From Eledone cirrhosa (taxonomy: Eukaryota), in NCBI GenBank assembly GCA_964016885.1, contig OZ024764.1:11656001-11720000 (forward strand): a stretch of 64,000 nt of DNA. Direction: 5' to 3'. Shown here in pieces: positions 43,225 to 56,024 of the stretch (its first letter is position 1; every line of letters starts with the position of its first letter). The position numbers and the translations under genes were made by a program. Under the pieces are notes generated by a model. That model was given only the letters and a program-made list of their open reading frames with translations, was not told where the DNA came from and did not search any database.

Positions 43225-43612
43225 GGAGGCACATGGCTTAGTGGTTAGAGCATTGGCCTTGCAATCGAAAGGTTGTGAGTTCAATTCTCAGACCAAGTGA
43301 TGTGTTGTTTCCTTGAGCAAGACACTTTATTTCACATTGCTCCAGTTTACTCAGCTGTAGACATGAGATGATAGGGACTGGGGTCCCTATCATTCCACTG
43401 CAAAGTGGTCGTGGAGGTGCCACCGCAAAAAAGCACCCAGCACTCACTGTAAATGAGGTTGGTGTTAGGAAGGAGGGCATCCAGCTGTAGAAATCAAGCC
43501 AGAATCAGTTCCCGTATGAGCAAGACATGGTCACCTGACCTGGCATTGCCCACAACAGGACAACCCGTCTAACCCATGCTAGCGTGGAAGAATGGACGTA
43601 AAACGTTGATGA
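43225..43612 (+). mobile_element. CORE-type SINE (family B) with an alternative RTE tail
   Basis: A box TGGCTTAGTGG, B box GAGTTCAATTC, CORE-like CCTTGAGCAAGACACTTT; ends AACCCATGCTAGCGTGGAAGAATGGACGTAAAACG. Confidence 0.85.
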
Positions 43613-43674
43613 TATAAGAAAGTCAACAAGAAAAAAATAATTGGGGAGAGCCATACTATACAATGATGCATATA

Positions 43675-43750
<76 letters not shown>

Positions 43751-43858
43751 ATATACATAAATGTCAACATGAATGAACCTGTTATTTTTATCTAAAGACA
43801 CTTTTTACAATTCCACTCCACCTGTCTCCTCAATCTATCTTATTTCTCATTCTTTCTT

Positions 43859-43883
43859 CTGATGAAGGACTAGCGTCCGAAAC
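43859..43883 (+). ncRNA. Truncated hammerhead core (overlapping partner fragment at 34457-34481)
   Basis: CTGATGA-A-GGAC tagc GTCC-GAAAC, then joined to a SINE; 34457 has AGGACTAGCGTCCGAAACGTTCAGA. Confidence 0.6.
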
Positions 43884-44395
43884 TGGTACTTTATTTTATC
43901 GACCCCGTAAGGATGAAAGGCAAAGTTAACCTCGGCCGGATTTGAACTCGGAACGTAAAGGGCCGTAACTCTATGCTGCAAAGCATGCCGTATGACCTTC
44001 TACCGATTCTGCCATTAATAATAATAGTTTCTACGTTTGGCACAAGGCCAGCAATTACCCCAGTGTATTACTGGTACTTTATTTTATCGTCCCCCGTAAG
44101 TATGAAAGGCAAAGTTAACCTCGGCGGGATTTGAACTCAGACTGTAAAGGGCCGTAACTCTATGCTGCAAAGCATGCCGTATGACCTTCTACCGATTCTG
44201 CCATTAATAATAATAGTTTCTACGTTTGGCACAAGGCCAGCAATTTCCCCAGTGTATTACTGGTACTTTATTTTATCGTCCCCCGTAAGGATGAAAGGCA
44301 AAGTTAACCTCGGCGGGATTTGAAATGAGACCGTAAAGGGCCGTAACTCTATGCTGCAAAGCATGGCGTCTGAACTACCGATACTGCCATTAATA
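43882..44395 (-). mobile_element. Three tandem SINE family A copies
   Basis: GGCAAAGTTAACCTCGGC.GGATTTGAA occurs three times. Confidence 0.85.
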
Positions 44396-44954
44396 ATAGT
44401 AACGATAATGATAGTTCATATCAACACATTAATATCGTATGATATCATTTGTGGTGCCTGAATTTATGTGTGGGTGTATATATATGTGTGTGTATGTCAG
44501 TATATATGTGTATGTATATATATGTGTGTATGTAATGTACTAATGTATGTCAGTATATATGTGTATGTATATGTGTGTGTATGTAATGTACTAATGTATG
44601 TCAGTATATATGTGTATGTATATATATGTGTGTATATGTAATGTACTAATGTATGTCAGTATATATGTGTATGTAATGTACTAATGTATGTCAGTATATA
44701 TGTGTATGTATATATATGTGTGTATATGTAATGTACTAATGTATGTCAGTATATATGTGTATGTATATATGTGTATGTATGTATAATATTATCATCACCA
44801 TTTAGCATCCATTTTTCCATACTATAATGCTATATATATATACCGGAGGTATATGGTCTTTAAAGCGATGAAATGCCTATGATGGTTGGAAGATCACTGA
44901 TGAAGGACTAACTTTTTTCATATGTAACCCATTTGCAACTCCGCAGCGCCCTTA

Positions 44955-45089
<135 letters not shown>

Positions 45090-45135
45090 ATATATATATA
45101 TGATAGATATATATATATATGTGTGTGTGTGTGTG

Positions 45136-45166
<31 letters not shown>

Positions 45167-45244
45167 ATATATATATGTGTGTGTATATATATATATGTGT
45201 GTGTGTATATATATATATATATGTGTATATATATATATGTGGTG

Positions 45245-45304
<60 letters not shown>

Positions 45305-45415
45305 TATATATATATATATGTCTATATATATATATGCTATATATATATATATACATTATATATATATATATAAATATGATATATATATATATACATTATA
45401 TATATATATATATAC

Positions 45416-45481
<66 letters not shown>

Positions 45482-45483
45482 TA

Positions 45484-45514
<31 letters not shown>

Positions 45515-45625
45515 CATATATGAGTGTGATGTGGTGTATAATAGGTGATAAATTATGTGATATATAATACCATATCTATCATATCTATACCACATGCTGT
45601 GTATATAAAAGGAAAGAGACAGTAT

Positions 45626-47380
45626 TGGTGGTGGTGGTGGTGGTGGTGGTGCAGTTTTGTTATGGGTGGTGGTGGTGGTGGTGGTGGTGCAGTGTTGTTA
45701 TGGGTGGTGGTGGTGGTGGTGGTTGTGGTGGTAGTGTTAGAGATGGTGGTGTGGTAGTGGTGGTGGTGGTGGCAGTGATATGGTGGTGTGGTAGTGGTGG
45801 TAGTGGTGGTGGTGTGGTGTTGGGGGTGTGGTAGTGACAGTGGTGGTGATATGGTGGTGTGGTAGTGGCAGTGATGGTGGTGGCAGTTATATGGTGGTGT
45901 GGTAGTATTAGAGATGGTGGTGGTGTGGTAGTGGTGGTAGTGATATGGTGGTGTGGTAGTGTTAGAGAAGGTGGTGGTGTGGTAGTGTTAGAGATGGTGG
46001 TGGTGAGGTAGTAGTGGTGGTGATATGGTGGTGAGGTGGTGGTGTGGTAGTGGTGGTGGTGGTGTGGTAGTAGTGTTAGAGATGGTGGTGGTGTAGTGGT
46101 GGTGGTGATAGTGTTAGAGATGGAGATGGTGTGGTAGGGGTGGTGGTGGTGTTAGTGTTAGAGATGATGGTGGTGGTGTGGTAGTGGTGGTGGTGGTAGG
46201 GTTAGAGATGATGGTGGTGTAGTGGTGGTGGTGGTAGTGTTAGAGATGATGGTGGTGGTGTGGTGGTAGTGTTAGAGGTGATGGTGGTGGTGTGGTGGTA
46301 GTGTTAGAGATGATGGTGGTGTAGTGGTGGTACTGTTAGAGATGATAGTGGTGGTGGTGGTGGTAGTGTTAGAGATGGTGGTGGTAGTGGTAGTAGTGGT
46401 GGTAGTGTTAGAGATGGTGGTGGTGTGGTAGTAGTGGTGGTGGTACTGTTAGAGATGATAGTGGTGGTGGTGTAGTGGTGGTGGTGGTGGTAGTGTTAGA
46501 GATGATGGTGGTGGTGTGGTGGTGGTAGTGGTGGTAGTGTTAGAGATGGTGGTGGTGTGGTAGTAGTGGTGGTACTGTTAGAGATGATGGTGGTGGTGTG
46601 GTGGCAGTAGTGGTGGTGGTACTGTTAGAGATGATAGTGGTGGTGGTGTAGTGGTGGTGGTGGTGGTGGTAGTGTTAGAGATGATGGTGGTGGTGTGGTG
46701 GTGGTAGTGGTGGTAGTGTTAGAGATGATAGTGGTGGTGGTGTAGTGGTGGTGGTGGTGGTGGTAGTGTTAGAGATGATGGTGGTGGTGTGGTGGTGGTA
46801 GTGGTGGTAGTGTTAGAGATGATAGTGGTGGTGGTGTAGTGGTGGTGGTGGTGGTGGTAGTGTTAGAGATGATGGTGGTGGTGTGGTGGTGGTAGTGGTG
46901 GTAGTGTTAGAGATGATAGTGGTGGTGGTGTAGTGGTGGTGGTGGTGGTGGTAGTGTTAGAGATGATGGTGGTGGTGTGGTGGTGGTAGTGGTGGTAGTG
47001 TTAGAGATGATAGTGGTGGTGGTGTAGTGGTGGTGGTGGTGGTGGTAGTGTTAGAGATGATGGTGGTGGTGTGGTGGTGGTAGTGGTGGTAGTGTTAGAG
47101 ATGGTGGTGGTGTGGTAGTAGTAGTGGTGGTACTGTTAGAGATGGTGGTGGTGGTAGTGTTAGAGATGATGGTGGTGGTGTGGTGGCAGTAGTGGTGGTG
47201 GTACTGTTAGAGATGATAGTGGTGGTGGTGTAGTGGTGGTGGTGGTGGTGGTAGTGTTAGAGATGATAGTGGTGGTGGTGGTGGTGGTAGTGTTAGAGAT
47301 GATAGTGGTGGTGGTGTGGCAGTAGTGGTGGTGGTAGTGTGAGAGATGGTGTAGTGGCAGTAGTGGTGCGGTGTTGGTGG
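45626..47380. repeat. (GGT)n tract with a GTGTTAGAGATG motif and a 94-bp higher-order repeat
   Basis: AGAGATGATAG at 46721, 46815, 46909 and 47003. Confidence 0.85.
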
Positions 47381-47634
47381 TGTGGCGTGTGATACACTAA
47401 AGATATCAATCTATGTAATAGCACACCCCTACAACCACCAAAACAAGATTATCGACACGGAAGCTAGCATTAATATCACACTGTGCGGTAACGATGCATT
47501 AAAATATTGCATTATAACATATAGAAATGTCCAACTGTGTATGTTAGTGATTGGAAATACATGTGTGTGTCATTAGTGTGTGTGTGTATATATATATATA
47601 CACATATATATATATATATATATACAGGCTAACA

Positions 47635-47696
<62 letters not shown>

Positions 47697-47732
47697 GCTA
47701 ACAACACATATATATATATATACAGACTAACA

Positions 47733-47785
<53 letters not shown>

Positions 47786-47795
47786 CAGGCTAACA

Positions 47796-47836
<41 letters not shown>

Positions 47837-48009
47837 CTAACAACACATATATATATATATACAGGCTAACAACACACATATATATATATATACAGACTAA
47901 CAACACACATATATATATATGTATATATATGTATGTGTATATATATGTGTATATATATATATATGTATATGTATATATGTGTGTGTGTGTGTGTGTATAT
48001 CATTATGTA

Positions 48010-48052
<43 letters not shown>

Positions 48053-48274
48053 CTGTGTGTGTATATATATGTGTGTGTGTGTATATATTATGTATGTATG
48101 TATGTATGTATGTATATATATATATGTATGTATATGTGTATATATATATATGTATGTATGTATGTATATGTGTATATATATATATATATGTATGTATGTA
48201 TATATGTATATATGTATGTATATGTGTATATATGTATGTATGTATGTATCTGTATATATATATATGTATGTATG

Positions 48275-48333
<59 letters not shown>

Positions 48334-48432
48334 TGTATATATATATATATGCCCAATGTCTGTATGTATGTATATGTGTATACATATCTGTGTATATGCA
48401 TACATATATATGTATATATATGTGTATATGTT

Positions 48433-48494
<62 letters not shown>

Positions 48495-48525
48495 TGTGTA
48501 CCTGTCTATCTCTCTAGCTCTCTCT

Positions 48526-48587
<62 letters not shown>

Positions 48588-48964
48588 GTGTGTGTCTACA
48601 CATGAAGCCACATATATTGTAAATTAGGAAATATCTAGTGATATAGACAATAGTTTCATACCCAATGACTGGCTTGCTTAGAAGTAACATCATTAAACTG
48701 CTACAAGACCAAGGGAGGGACATTATATGTAAACTATTGAAGTATCAAATTGACGGATCAATTTATGGAAGTCTATTGTGGTTCAGTTGATCTAGGATCA
48801 AGTTAACCCTTTAGCATTTAAACCGGCCATATCCAGCCAGAATTCTCTCACCTCTTTCTGTTCAAACTGGCTGTAACTGGCCACTCAGACTGATGTTAAG
48901 GTTTTGTTCTCAAAATAAATAATATCAAAATCTTGTAGGTTCGATATTATGTGGGATAATTATG

Positions 48965-50374
48965 TAATTATGTGAGGTAAAGCCTTTACTGTGAAAATAC
49001 AATAGTATATGTAGAGTAATGTAAATGTTATGTGAGGTAAAGCCTTGACTGTGAAAATACAATAGTATATGTAGAGTAATGTAAATGTTATGTGAGGTAA
49101 AGCCTTGACTGTGAAAATACAATAGTATATATAGAGTAATGTAAATGATATGTGAGATATTATGTGAGGTAAAGCCTTTACTGTGAAAATACAATAGTAT
49201 ATATAGAGTAATGTAAATGTTATGTGAGGTAAAGCCTTGACTGTGAAAATACAATAGTATATATAGAGTAATGTAAATGTTATGTGAGGTAAAGCCTTTA
49301 CTGTGACAATACAATAGTATATATAGAGTAATGTAAATGATATGTGAGATATTATGTGAGGTAAAGCCTTTACTGTGAAAATACAATAGTATATATAGAG
49401 TAATGTAAATGGTATGTGAGGTAAAGTCTTTACTATGGAAATACAATAGTATATATAGAGTAATGTAAATGGTATGTGAGGTAAAGCCTTTACTATAAAA
49501 AATACAATAGTATATATAGAGTAATGTAAATGTTATGTGAGGTAAAGCCTTTACTGTGAAAATACAATAGTATATATAGAGTAATGTAAATGTTATGTGA
49601 GATATTATGTGAGGTAAAGCCTTTACTGTGAAAATACAATAGTATATATAGAGTTATGTAAATGTTATGTGAGATATTATGAGAGGTAAAGCCTTTACTG
49701 TGAAAATACAATAGTATATATAGAGTAATGTAAATGTTATGTGAGATATTATGTGAGGTAAAGCCTTTACTGTGAAAATACAATAGTATATATAGAGTAA
49801 TGTAAATGTTATGTGAGATATTATGTGAGGTAAAGACTTTACTGTGAAAATACAATAGTATATATAGAGTAATGTAAATGTTATGTGAGATATTATGTGA
49901 GGTAAAGCCTTTACTGTGAAAATACAATAGTATATATAGAGTAATGTAAATGTTATGTGAGATATTATGTGAGGTAAAGCCTTTACTGTGAAAATACAAT
50001 AGTATATATAGAGTAATGTAAATGTTATGTGAGATATTATGTGAGGTAAAGCCTTTACTGTGAAAATACAATAGTATATATAGAGTTATGTAAATGTTAT
50101 GTGAGATATTATGAGAGGTAAAGCCTTTACTGTGAAAATACAATAGTATATATAGAGTAATGTAAATGTTATGTGAGATATTATGTGAGGTAAAGCCTTT
50201 ACTGTGAAAATACAATAGTATATATAGAGTAATGTAAATGTTATGTGAGATATTATGTGAGGTAAAGACGTTACTGTGAAAATACAATAGTATATATAGA
50301 GTAATGTAAATGTTACGTGAGATATTATGTGAGGTAAAGCCTTTACTGTGAAAATACAATAGTATATATAGAGT
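48965..50374. repeat. 72/60-bp minisatellite, left part
   Basis: Unit GTATATATAGAGTAATGTAAATGTTATGTGAG(ATATTATGTGAG)GTAAAGCCTTTACTGTGAAAATACAATA. Confidence 0.95.
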
Positions 50375-50611
50375 GGTTTCTTTATTTGCCACTAGGGCAC
50401 AAAAGGTAGGGACAGATACAAGGGGGGAAGTTTACATATAATTAACGAGTACAAAAATATAACAATGAAATAACAACAACAAACGAAGTCCTCAATAGGG
50501 AGGGGGCATTAACATGGGTCGCACACACCCCGGAAAAAATGTGTAACCCTTCTCCTCAGGAGCACAAAGAGTAGGTGCTTCCCTCGTCTCCGCTTTTTCC
50601 TCTTCTTTCAC

Positions 50612-53600
50612 CTACAGGCTGATATAGAGAGAAGACCCATTCACTCTGGCCATTCTCCCTACTTTCACCCACCTTTCATAAAACTTGCTGGGGTAGAGCA
50701 CCTCTCTCTCCATTCTGATCCTTCTTTTAAAATGGTATTTGAAAAAGGGGACCAGTTGTTGGCCGGAGAGAAAGGTGTCTGACCTCAGCCCTTTCAGCCT
50801 CGTCCACCATACAACTTCTTTAGCCATGGCTACCACACAGAGAAAAACCGCCTCTCCTTCGTTTTTGAAAGGGGGAGGCGGTTTGATCGTGACAATGGAC
50901 TCGGTGGTCAACCGGATTGGTCCCACCCTCGACAGTAGTCGTTCCACATAGCCCCACAGGTCAGCAATGCCTGGGCAGTGTACGAATGCGTGCGCAACGG
51001 TTTCGTCATCATGCACGCATCTCGGACAGATCTTATTCAAAGGATCTCTACCCAGGCTCCCATGCCTGTGGAGCTTGTCTCGAACGGGTAGAGCCCCTCG
51101 GTAGCACTGCCAAGCCAGGGACTTTTGGAAGTTGTCCATCGGTCCAGGGCCAAACGTCCTACCGAACAGACTGGCCAGTTCATCTTCCTCCATGCCTAGA
51201 GCTTCTCCGAGAGCATCGTCGCACCTGCTGCGTACCAACCCTCTATAGAATGTCGAGGTGGAGTCTCCACTGATTGCCGGGTCCGCTTTCCAGAGGGCCG
51301 TGAGCGCCTGGGCACATTCAATGTGCCAGTCGCCCACTTTTCTCGGTCTTTGCTTGACCCAGGATTGCAGCTCGGTGAGCGAGACGAGTCTGGGAAAGGC
51401 TCGCCTCACAAACGGGGCCCACACCGGTTGACCGGTGAGGAATACCTGGAGGTGCCGTAGCCTTAATGCGTGTTTACGCATCTGTAGCCACGGCATCCCC
51501 AGCCCTCCTTTCGAAGGGTGTTGACAGCAGATGGATCTCCTCACCAAAGGGGTCCGCTTGTTCCAAAGAAATTGGAACAGCGCGCACTCCATTTTGGCGA
51601 GTCTTTTCACTGGGCAAGGCACGACGGTCAAGCGGTAGTAGATGACGGATGCTATATAAGTATTCGCCACCTCCGCTCGACCTTTCAGGGATAGTTTGCA
51701 CTGGGCCCACTTCTGGGTGAGTGCAAACACCCTGGCCGTTACCTCGTTCCAGTTTTTCTCCACCTGGAGGTCTGGTCCGAACCAGACCCCAAGCAGCTTC
51801 ACCGGGCCCTCCGTCCAGCGTCCGACGACGTCGTTGGAGGGCATCGGTTTGCCTCTCCATGTTCCGAGTTGCAAACCGACGGACTTGTCCCGGTTCAGCT
51901 TGGCTCCTGTAAACCTTTCATATTCCTCCAGTAAGGTGCCGATCTCACCGATTTGCGAGGTTTTCGACACCATTACTGTCACGTCATCGGCGTAGGCCGA
52001 CGCCGCTTTCTGCAATCCCGGTTCCAAAGGGATGCCCTGCAACCGCTCCAACTTCCGCAGTAGTGGCTCAAGAGCCAGCACATACAGTAGGGAGGAGAGA
52101 GGGCATCCCTGTCGGATGGATCGCATGATTTGGAACGGCTCCGAGAGGTGGCCGTTCACCTTGACCCTTGAGCAGACGTTGCTGCTGTGCATCGCAGCAA
52201 TCCAACCCCTGAAAACGGGTCCGAAGCCTGCCGCCGCGAGCACCGCATCCAGGTAACGATGGTCAACCCTATCGAAAGCTTTAGATTGATCCAAGTTGAT
52301 CAGGGCCCCACCAAAGCCGGGTTCATTCCCTACCCTCTCTATGATGTATCGCATAAGGTGGAGATTGTCGTGAATGGACCTGGACGGGATTGCGCATGTC
52401 TGCGCTTCTCCCACCAGGTTTCCAACGACAAGCGCCAACCTCTTCGCTAACACCTTGGCCAAAATCTTTAACTCTGTATTTAGCAGAGTTATGGGCCTGA
52501 AGTTACTTATGTCATCCCCCTTGTTCTCATCCTTCCTCACCAGCGTAACTACGCCCTTGGTCACAGAACTGGGAATTCTCCCGTTCTGCTGCCAGTTGCA
52601 GTAGACCGCTTCGAGGATATCGGAGAACAAGTCCGGCATCGCTACATATAGCTCGTATGGTAGACCATCGAGACCCGGGGATTTGCGTTTGCCGCATTGG
52701 CTCAGCGCCGCCCCTATCTCAGCAGCTGAAATCGTCCTTTCGCAGGACTTCGCCTCCGCGTCCGAGAGGCGCGGCAGACCGTCGAGGTATGGATTGAAAT
52801 CCATAGTCTCACCCGGCGCGCCGCCCCTCTCGAACAGTCGTGCAAAGTGCCGCTGAAAGGCCGCACACATCTGCCCAGGTTCAAGGATCACACGCCCATC
52901 CTGGTCCTTCAAAGACCGAATCGTGGACTTGTTCCCACTTTTTGCCTCTGTCACTCGGGCCCAGCTTACAGCTTTGGCTCCCTCATTACCCAGAGCACGT
53001 ATTTTACTCCTGACAACGCAGCCTTCATGCTTCACCTCAAAGAACTGGTCTAAGGCCATTCTTGATGCCAGCACGCCGGCTACATTGCCACTCCTAATCG
53101 CCTCTTCTACTCTATCTACTAATTCCCTTTCCGTCTTGTTCCTATCCCTTGCTAATTCCTGACTAAAACCTATCGATTCTATTCTAATTGCTCTCTTAAG
53201 AGAGCTCCACCACCTGTTGTTGACAATTGCCCCTGTCAAATTCTGCTTAACTAACGTGCTAATCCGTTTACTGTAAGCTTTGCTTCTCGGTAAGGACAAG
53301 TTCAGCTTCCAGTAACCGGGTCCCTGTCTATGGGTTCTATCAAGGTTGGCTATGCAGGTCACTAACTTGTGATCCGAATAGTCAACCATGAACATTTTTG
53401 GACAGCTAAATGTGTCCCTATCGTTCTCTCTAACTAGGACCCTATCTAGGTACGACCTAGATGTTCCACTGCGATTGGTCCACGTCCATAGTGGTACAGT
53501 CGGAAAATCTAGTCGATATCTATCGGCCAGGTCAAATCGGCCGATTAACCTTTTGAGGCTTTTACACCCCCCTCTATTGGCACATGCCCCTACATAGTCC

Positions 53601-54049
53601 CAACGTGCATCCAGGATACCATTCCAGTCCCCCACTAAAAGCAAGGAGCGGGACGTTCCCAGAAAAGTTTCCAGACGTTGGAAGTATTCCGGCCGCGCTG
53701 CCCAAAAAGGGGCGTACACAGCTATTAGTCTAAGGGCTCCACTTTCACTACTGCCGACGTCTAAAACCACCAGTCGACCCTCCGGGTCCAGGTGCACCTT
53801 CTGTATGGCGAGGCCCAGGTGTTTTCGCAGCAGAACGACAACTCCACCCCCACCCCCCGGTTGACAGAGAGATGCGAAGATCTCAAAGTCGTCGAAGAGG
53901 GGCGCCAGTTGGTGCTCGCTGCTGATCCTGGACTCGCAAATAGCCATTACATCCATTCTATGTGACCTGAGATCGTTTAAAAGTTTGCCTTGTTTCCAAG
54001 ACAGTCCCAGGCCACGTACATTCAGAAACCCAACTCTTATATCAGCCAT
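50612..54049 (-). CDS. LINE ORF2 polyprotein, 1145 aa: APE endonuclease, reverse transcriptase and C-terminal zinc motif
   Basis: APE motifs LNVRGL, VGDWN, SYLDRVL, SDH. RT motifs PGLDG, FRPITLLN, LDQSKAFDRVDH, IRQGCPLS, YADD. Zinc motif CPRC..ETVAHAFVHC. No stops. Confidence 0.97.
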   Translation of the reverse strand: MADIRVGFLNVRGLGLSWKQGKLLNDLRSHRMDVMAICESRISSEHQLAPLFDDFEIFASLCQPGGGGGVVVLLRKHLGLAIQKVHLDPEGRLVVLDVGSSESGALRLIAVYAPFWAARPEYFQRLETFLGTSRSLLLVGDWNGILDARWDYVGACANRGGCKSLKRLIGRFDLADRYRLDFPTVPLWTWTNRSGTSRSYLDRVLVRENDRDTFSCPKMFMVDYSDHKLVTCIANLDRTHRQGPGYWKLNLSLPRSKAYSKRISTLVKQNLTGAIVNNRWWSSLKRAIRIESIGFSQELARDRNKTERELVDRVEEAIRSGNVAGVLASRMALDQFFEVKHEGCVVRSKIRALGNEGAKAVSWARVTEAKSGNKSTIRSLKDQDGRVILEPGQMCAAFQRHFARLFERGGAPGETMDFNPYLDGLPRLSDAEAKSCERTISAAEIGAALSQCGKRKSPGLDGLPYELYVAMPDLFSDILEAVYCNWQQNGRIPSSVTKGVVTLVRKDENKGDDISNFRPITLLNTELKILAKVLAKRLALVVGNLVGEAQTCAIPSRSIHDNLHLMRYIIERVGNEPGFGGALINLDQSKAFDRVDHRYLDAVLAAAGFGPVFRGWIAAMHSSNVCSRVKVNGHLSEPFQIMRSIRQGCPLSSLLYVLALEPLLRKLERLQGIPLEPGLQKAASAYADDVTVMVSKTSQIGEIGTLLEEYERFTGAKLNRDKSVGLQLGTWRGKPMPSNDVVGRWTEGPVKLLGVWFGPDLQVEKNWNEVTARVFALTQKWAQCKLSLKGRAEVANTYIASVIYYRLTVVPCPVKRLAKMECALFQFLWNKRTPLVRRSICCQHPSKGGLGMPWLQMRKHALRLRHLQVFLTGQPVWAPFVRRAFPRLVSLTELQSWVKQRPRKVGDWHIECAQALTALWKADPAISGDSTSTFYRGLVRSRCDDALGEALGMEEDELASLFGRTFGPGPMDNFQKSLAWQCYRGALPVRDKLHRHGSLGRDPLNKICPRCVHDDETVAHAFVHCPGIADLWGYVERLLSRVGPIRLTTESIVTIKPPPPFKNEGEAVFLCVVAMAKEVVWWTRLKGLRSDTFLSGQQLVPFFKYHFKRRIRMEREVLYPSKFYERWVKVGRMARVNGSSLYISL

Positions 54050-54070
54050 GTTGGTTAAAAGAGGAAGGAC

Positions 54071-55814
54071 CTACCTGTTCGGCTCCTGAGGAGCAGGTTG
54101 CACAATATCCATGGGCGTATTGGAGGGGTTGTTTGGTGGGGTGTTGTTCTGTGGTGGAGTGGGGGTGTTTGGTGAGGTGTGGGTGGGGAAACGTTTCAAG
54201 AGGACGCGGTTATAGGGTCGAGTACATGTTTTCCCCACGTCCTCAGGAAAGTTCTCTCTTAGTTTTGCATAGGTGTCCATTGGGAGTCTTATCATTTTTA
54301 AATGCGGTTTGTTGGCCGCGCTTGCAAAGAATTGCCCTTCAGTTTCCACCAAAGGGTCTTTGTGTATTGTTTTTACTAGTTCTTTGTTATTTGTGTTAAT
54401 GTATGTATACTGTTTTATTTGTGTTGTGTTTGTTTGTTGTTCTTGTGTGTGCTTACGTTTTGTTGTATGTGTTATGTTTTGGGGTGGGGCGGATTTTGTT
54501 TGTTCTGTTTGTTTTGTTTTTGTTGGTGGTTGTGTGTTTGTTTCGTTTATGTTCGAGTGGTGCTTTCTTTTTTTCCTTTTTACAGGTTGGAAGGGTTCCC
54601 CCTCTTCGTCACTAGGTGCCGTTTCCGCTGGGTCCTCGTCCGTGCTGTCGGGTAGTGGTGTATTTTGGGGTTTTGTTGTATTTGTGTGTGTTTTGGGAGT
54701 TGTTTTGGGTGGGGCCGTGTCTTGTGTTATTTTTCCCTGTTGTTTTTGTTGTTGTTGTTGTGGTGGTGGTGGAGGTGGTGGTGGTGGTGGTGGTGGCGGT
54801 GGTGGTGTGTGGGGTGTAGGCAAAAGAGCCTTTTTTTTTTGTCAATTGAGGACAAGCAGCCCTTAGATGACCCCTGCTTGAACAGTAGTAACATATGGGC
54901 CTCCTACCCTCGGCTGAAATATATATAAATGTTTCTCCATCGAGGGACACCCTCTGTGGTATTCTAGCGATTCGTTCTGGTCTCATTTGGACCAGAACCT
55001 CCACGCTCAAACCGCCGAAAACGTCTGTGGTGACTTCTCCTACTGAGAGGATTCCGTCCTCGTCTTCTAAAAATCCTGTTAGTACCCAGGAAATGCATGC
55101 ATTTGGCCGGATTCCGGAGACCCTTATCTTCTGCGTTCTTTTCCCTAAATATGTGGGGAAAAATGTATATATCTTGGAAACAATTGGTGCCACAGAGTAT
55201 TTCCTGGCCGTCAATTGATCCTTCATTAGGACCGTTATATTCCCATAGAGTGGCCCTTTTTGTATGAACGATATATCACTCCACACATTTTTTAGGACCA
55301 GCTCAATCTCTTTTTGGGATAATTGAGTTGGTTTCCTTGTTATGTTGGAAATTGTTCTGAAAGATATCGTTCTTAGCGTCGTGTCTCTTTTGATTTCTTG
55401 TGGGGAGGTGATTGTGAAGTCTCCTCCTTCTTTGAAAGTTACATACTGTTTCGCTTCCTTCATCTTTTCTCTCAGAGTTGTAATGTCCAGTTGCTTGCAG
55501 GTTTGTGTTTTCCGGACCGCCTGTGCAAAGGAGGTACCAGTAGTGGGTTCACTTTGTTTGGTGTTATCGTTATTTTTTCCTTGGTTGGTGTTGTGACTAT
55601 TGCTGTTATTGTCGTTGATGTTTTTGTCTGCGTTTATGTGACTTTCTGGGTTTTCACCCATTTCTACAAATTTTTCTTTTAATTCCGTGTTCCATGTTTC
55701 TTTTGCAGAAGTGAGGAGGGAAGACTTAGAGCCTTGTGCTTCTAGCTTCTCTGTATCACCTTTCTTAGGGGGCGTGGCTTTCACGTTAGGATGAGATGTG
55801 AAAATTCCGTCCAT
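54071..55814 (-). CDS. LINE ORF1 (gag-like, CCHC zinc knuckle), split by a 1-nt frameshift at A10 (54831-54840)
   Basis: ATG at 55814; CYYCSSRGHLRAAC. The +1 frame continues with a Pro/Gln-rich and FQPVKRKKRK region to a stop at 54071. Removing one A gives a 580-aa ORF. Confidence 0.8.
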
Positions 55815-56024
55815 TTCTATTAGTTTGCCGTAATAAATTTTTAACTGGAAAATTCGCCCCAAAAAGGGGCGAAAATAAATAAACTCAAAGTTTGACGACC
55901 AAGGCAAGGGGTTAACGTATATTACAGTATAAAAAATTAATCAAAACTCACTTTTTGAGTAAGTAAATCCGACTCGGTAGCCGAGCTTGTTCACACACGT
56001 CAACACACGTCTCTCGTATACGAG

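Larger units (their letters stand above)
50375..56024 (-). mobile_element. Apparently full-length Tx1/L1-clade non-LTR retrotransposon
   Basis: 5' UTR, ORF1, 21-nt spacer, ORF2, and a 237-bp 3' UTR with AATAAA (50381-50386); sharp satellite junctions on both sides. Confidence 0.93.

Noticed and set aside
43225-43295. tRNA gene
   Set aside because: A and B boxes are present but there is no proper cloverleaf, and the sequence continues into a SINE body seen three times.
50739-55682. Plus-strand ORFs overlapping the Tx1
   Set aside because: Antisense shadows of GC-richer coding sequence, without recognisable motifs.
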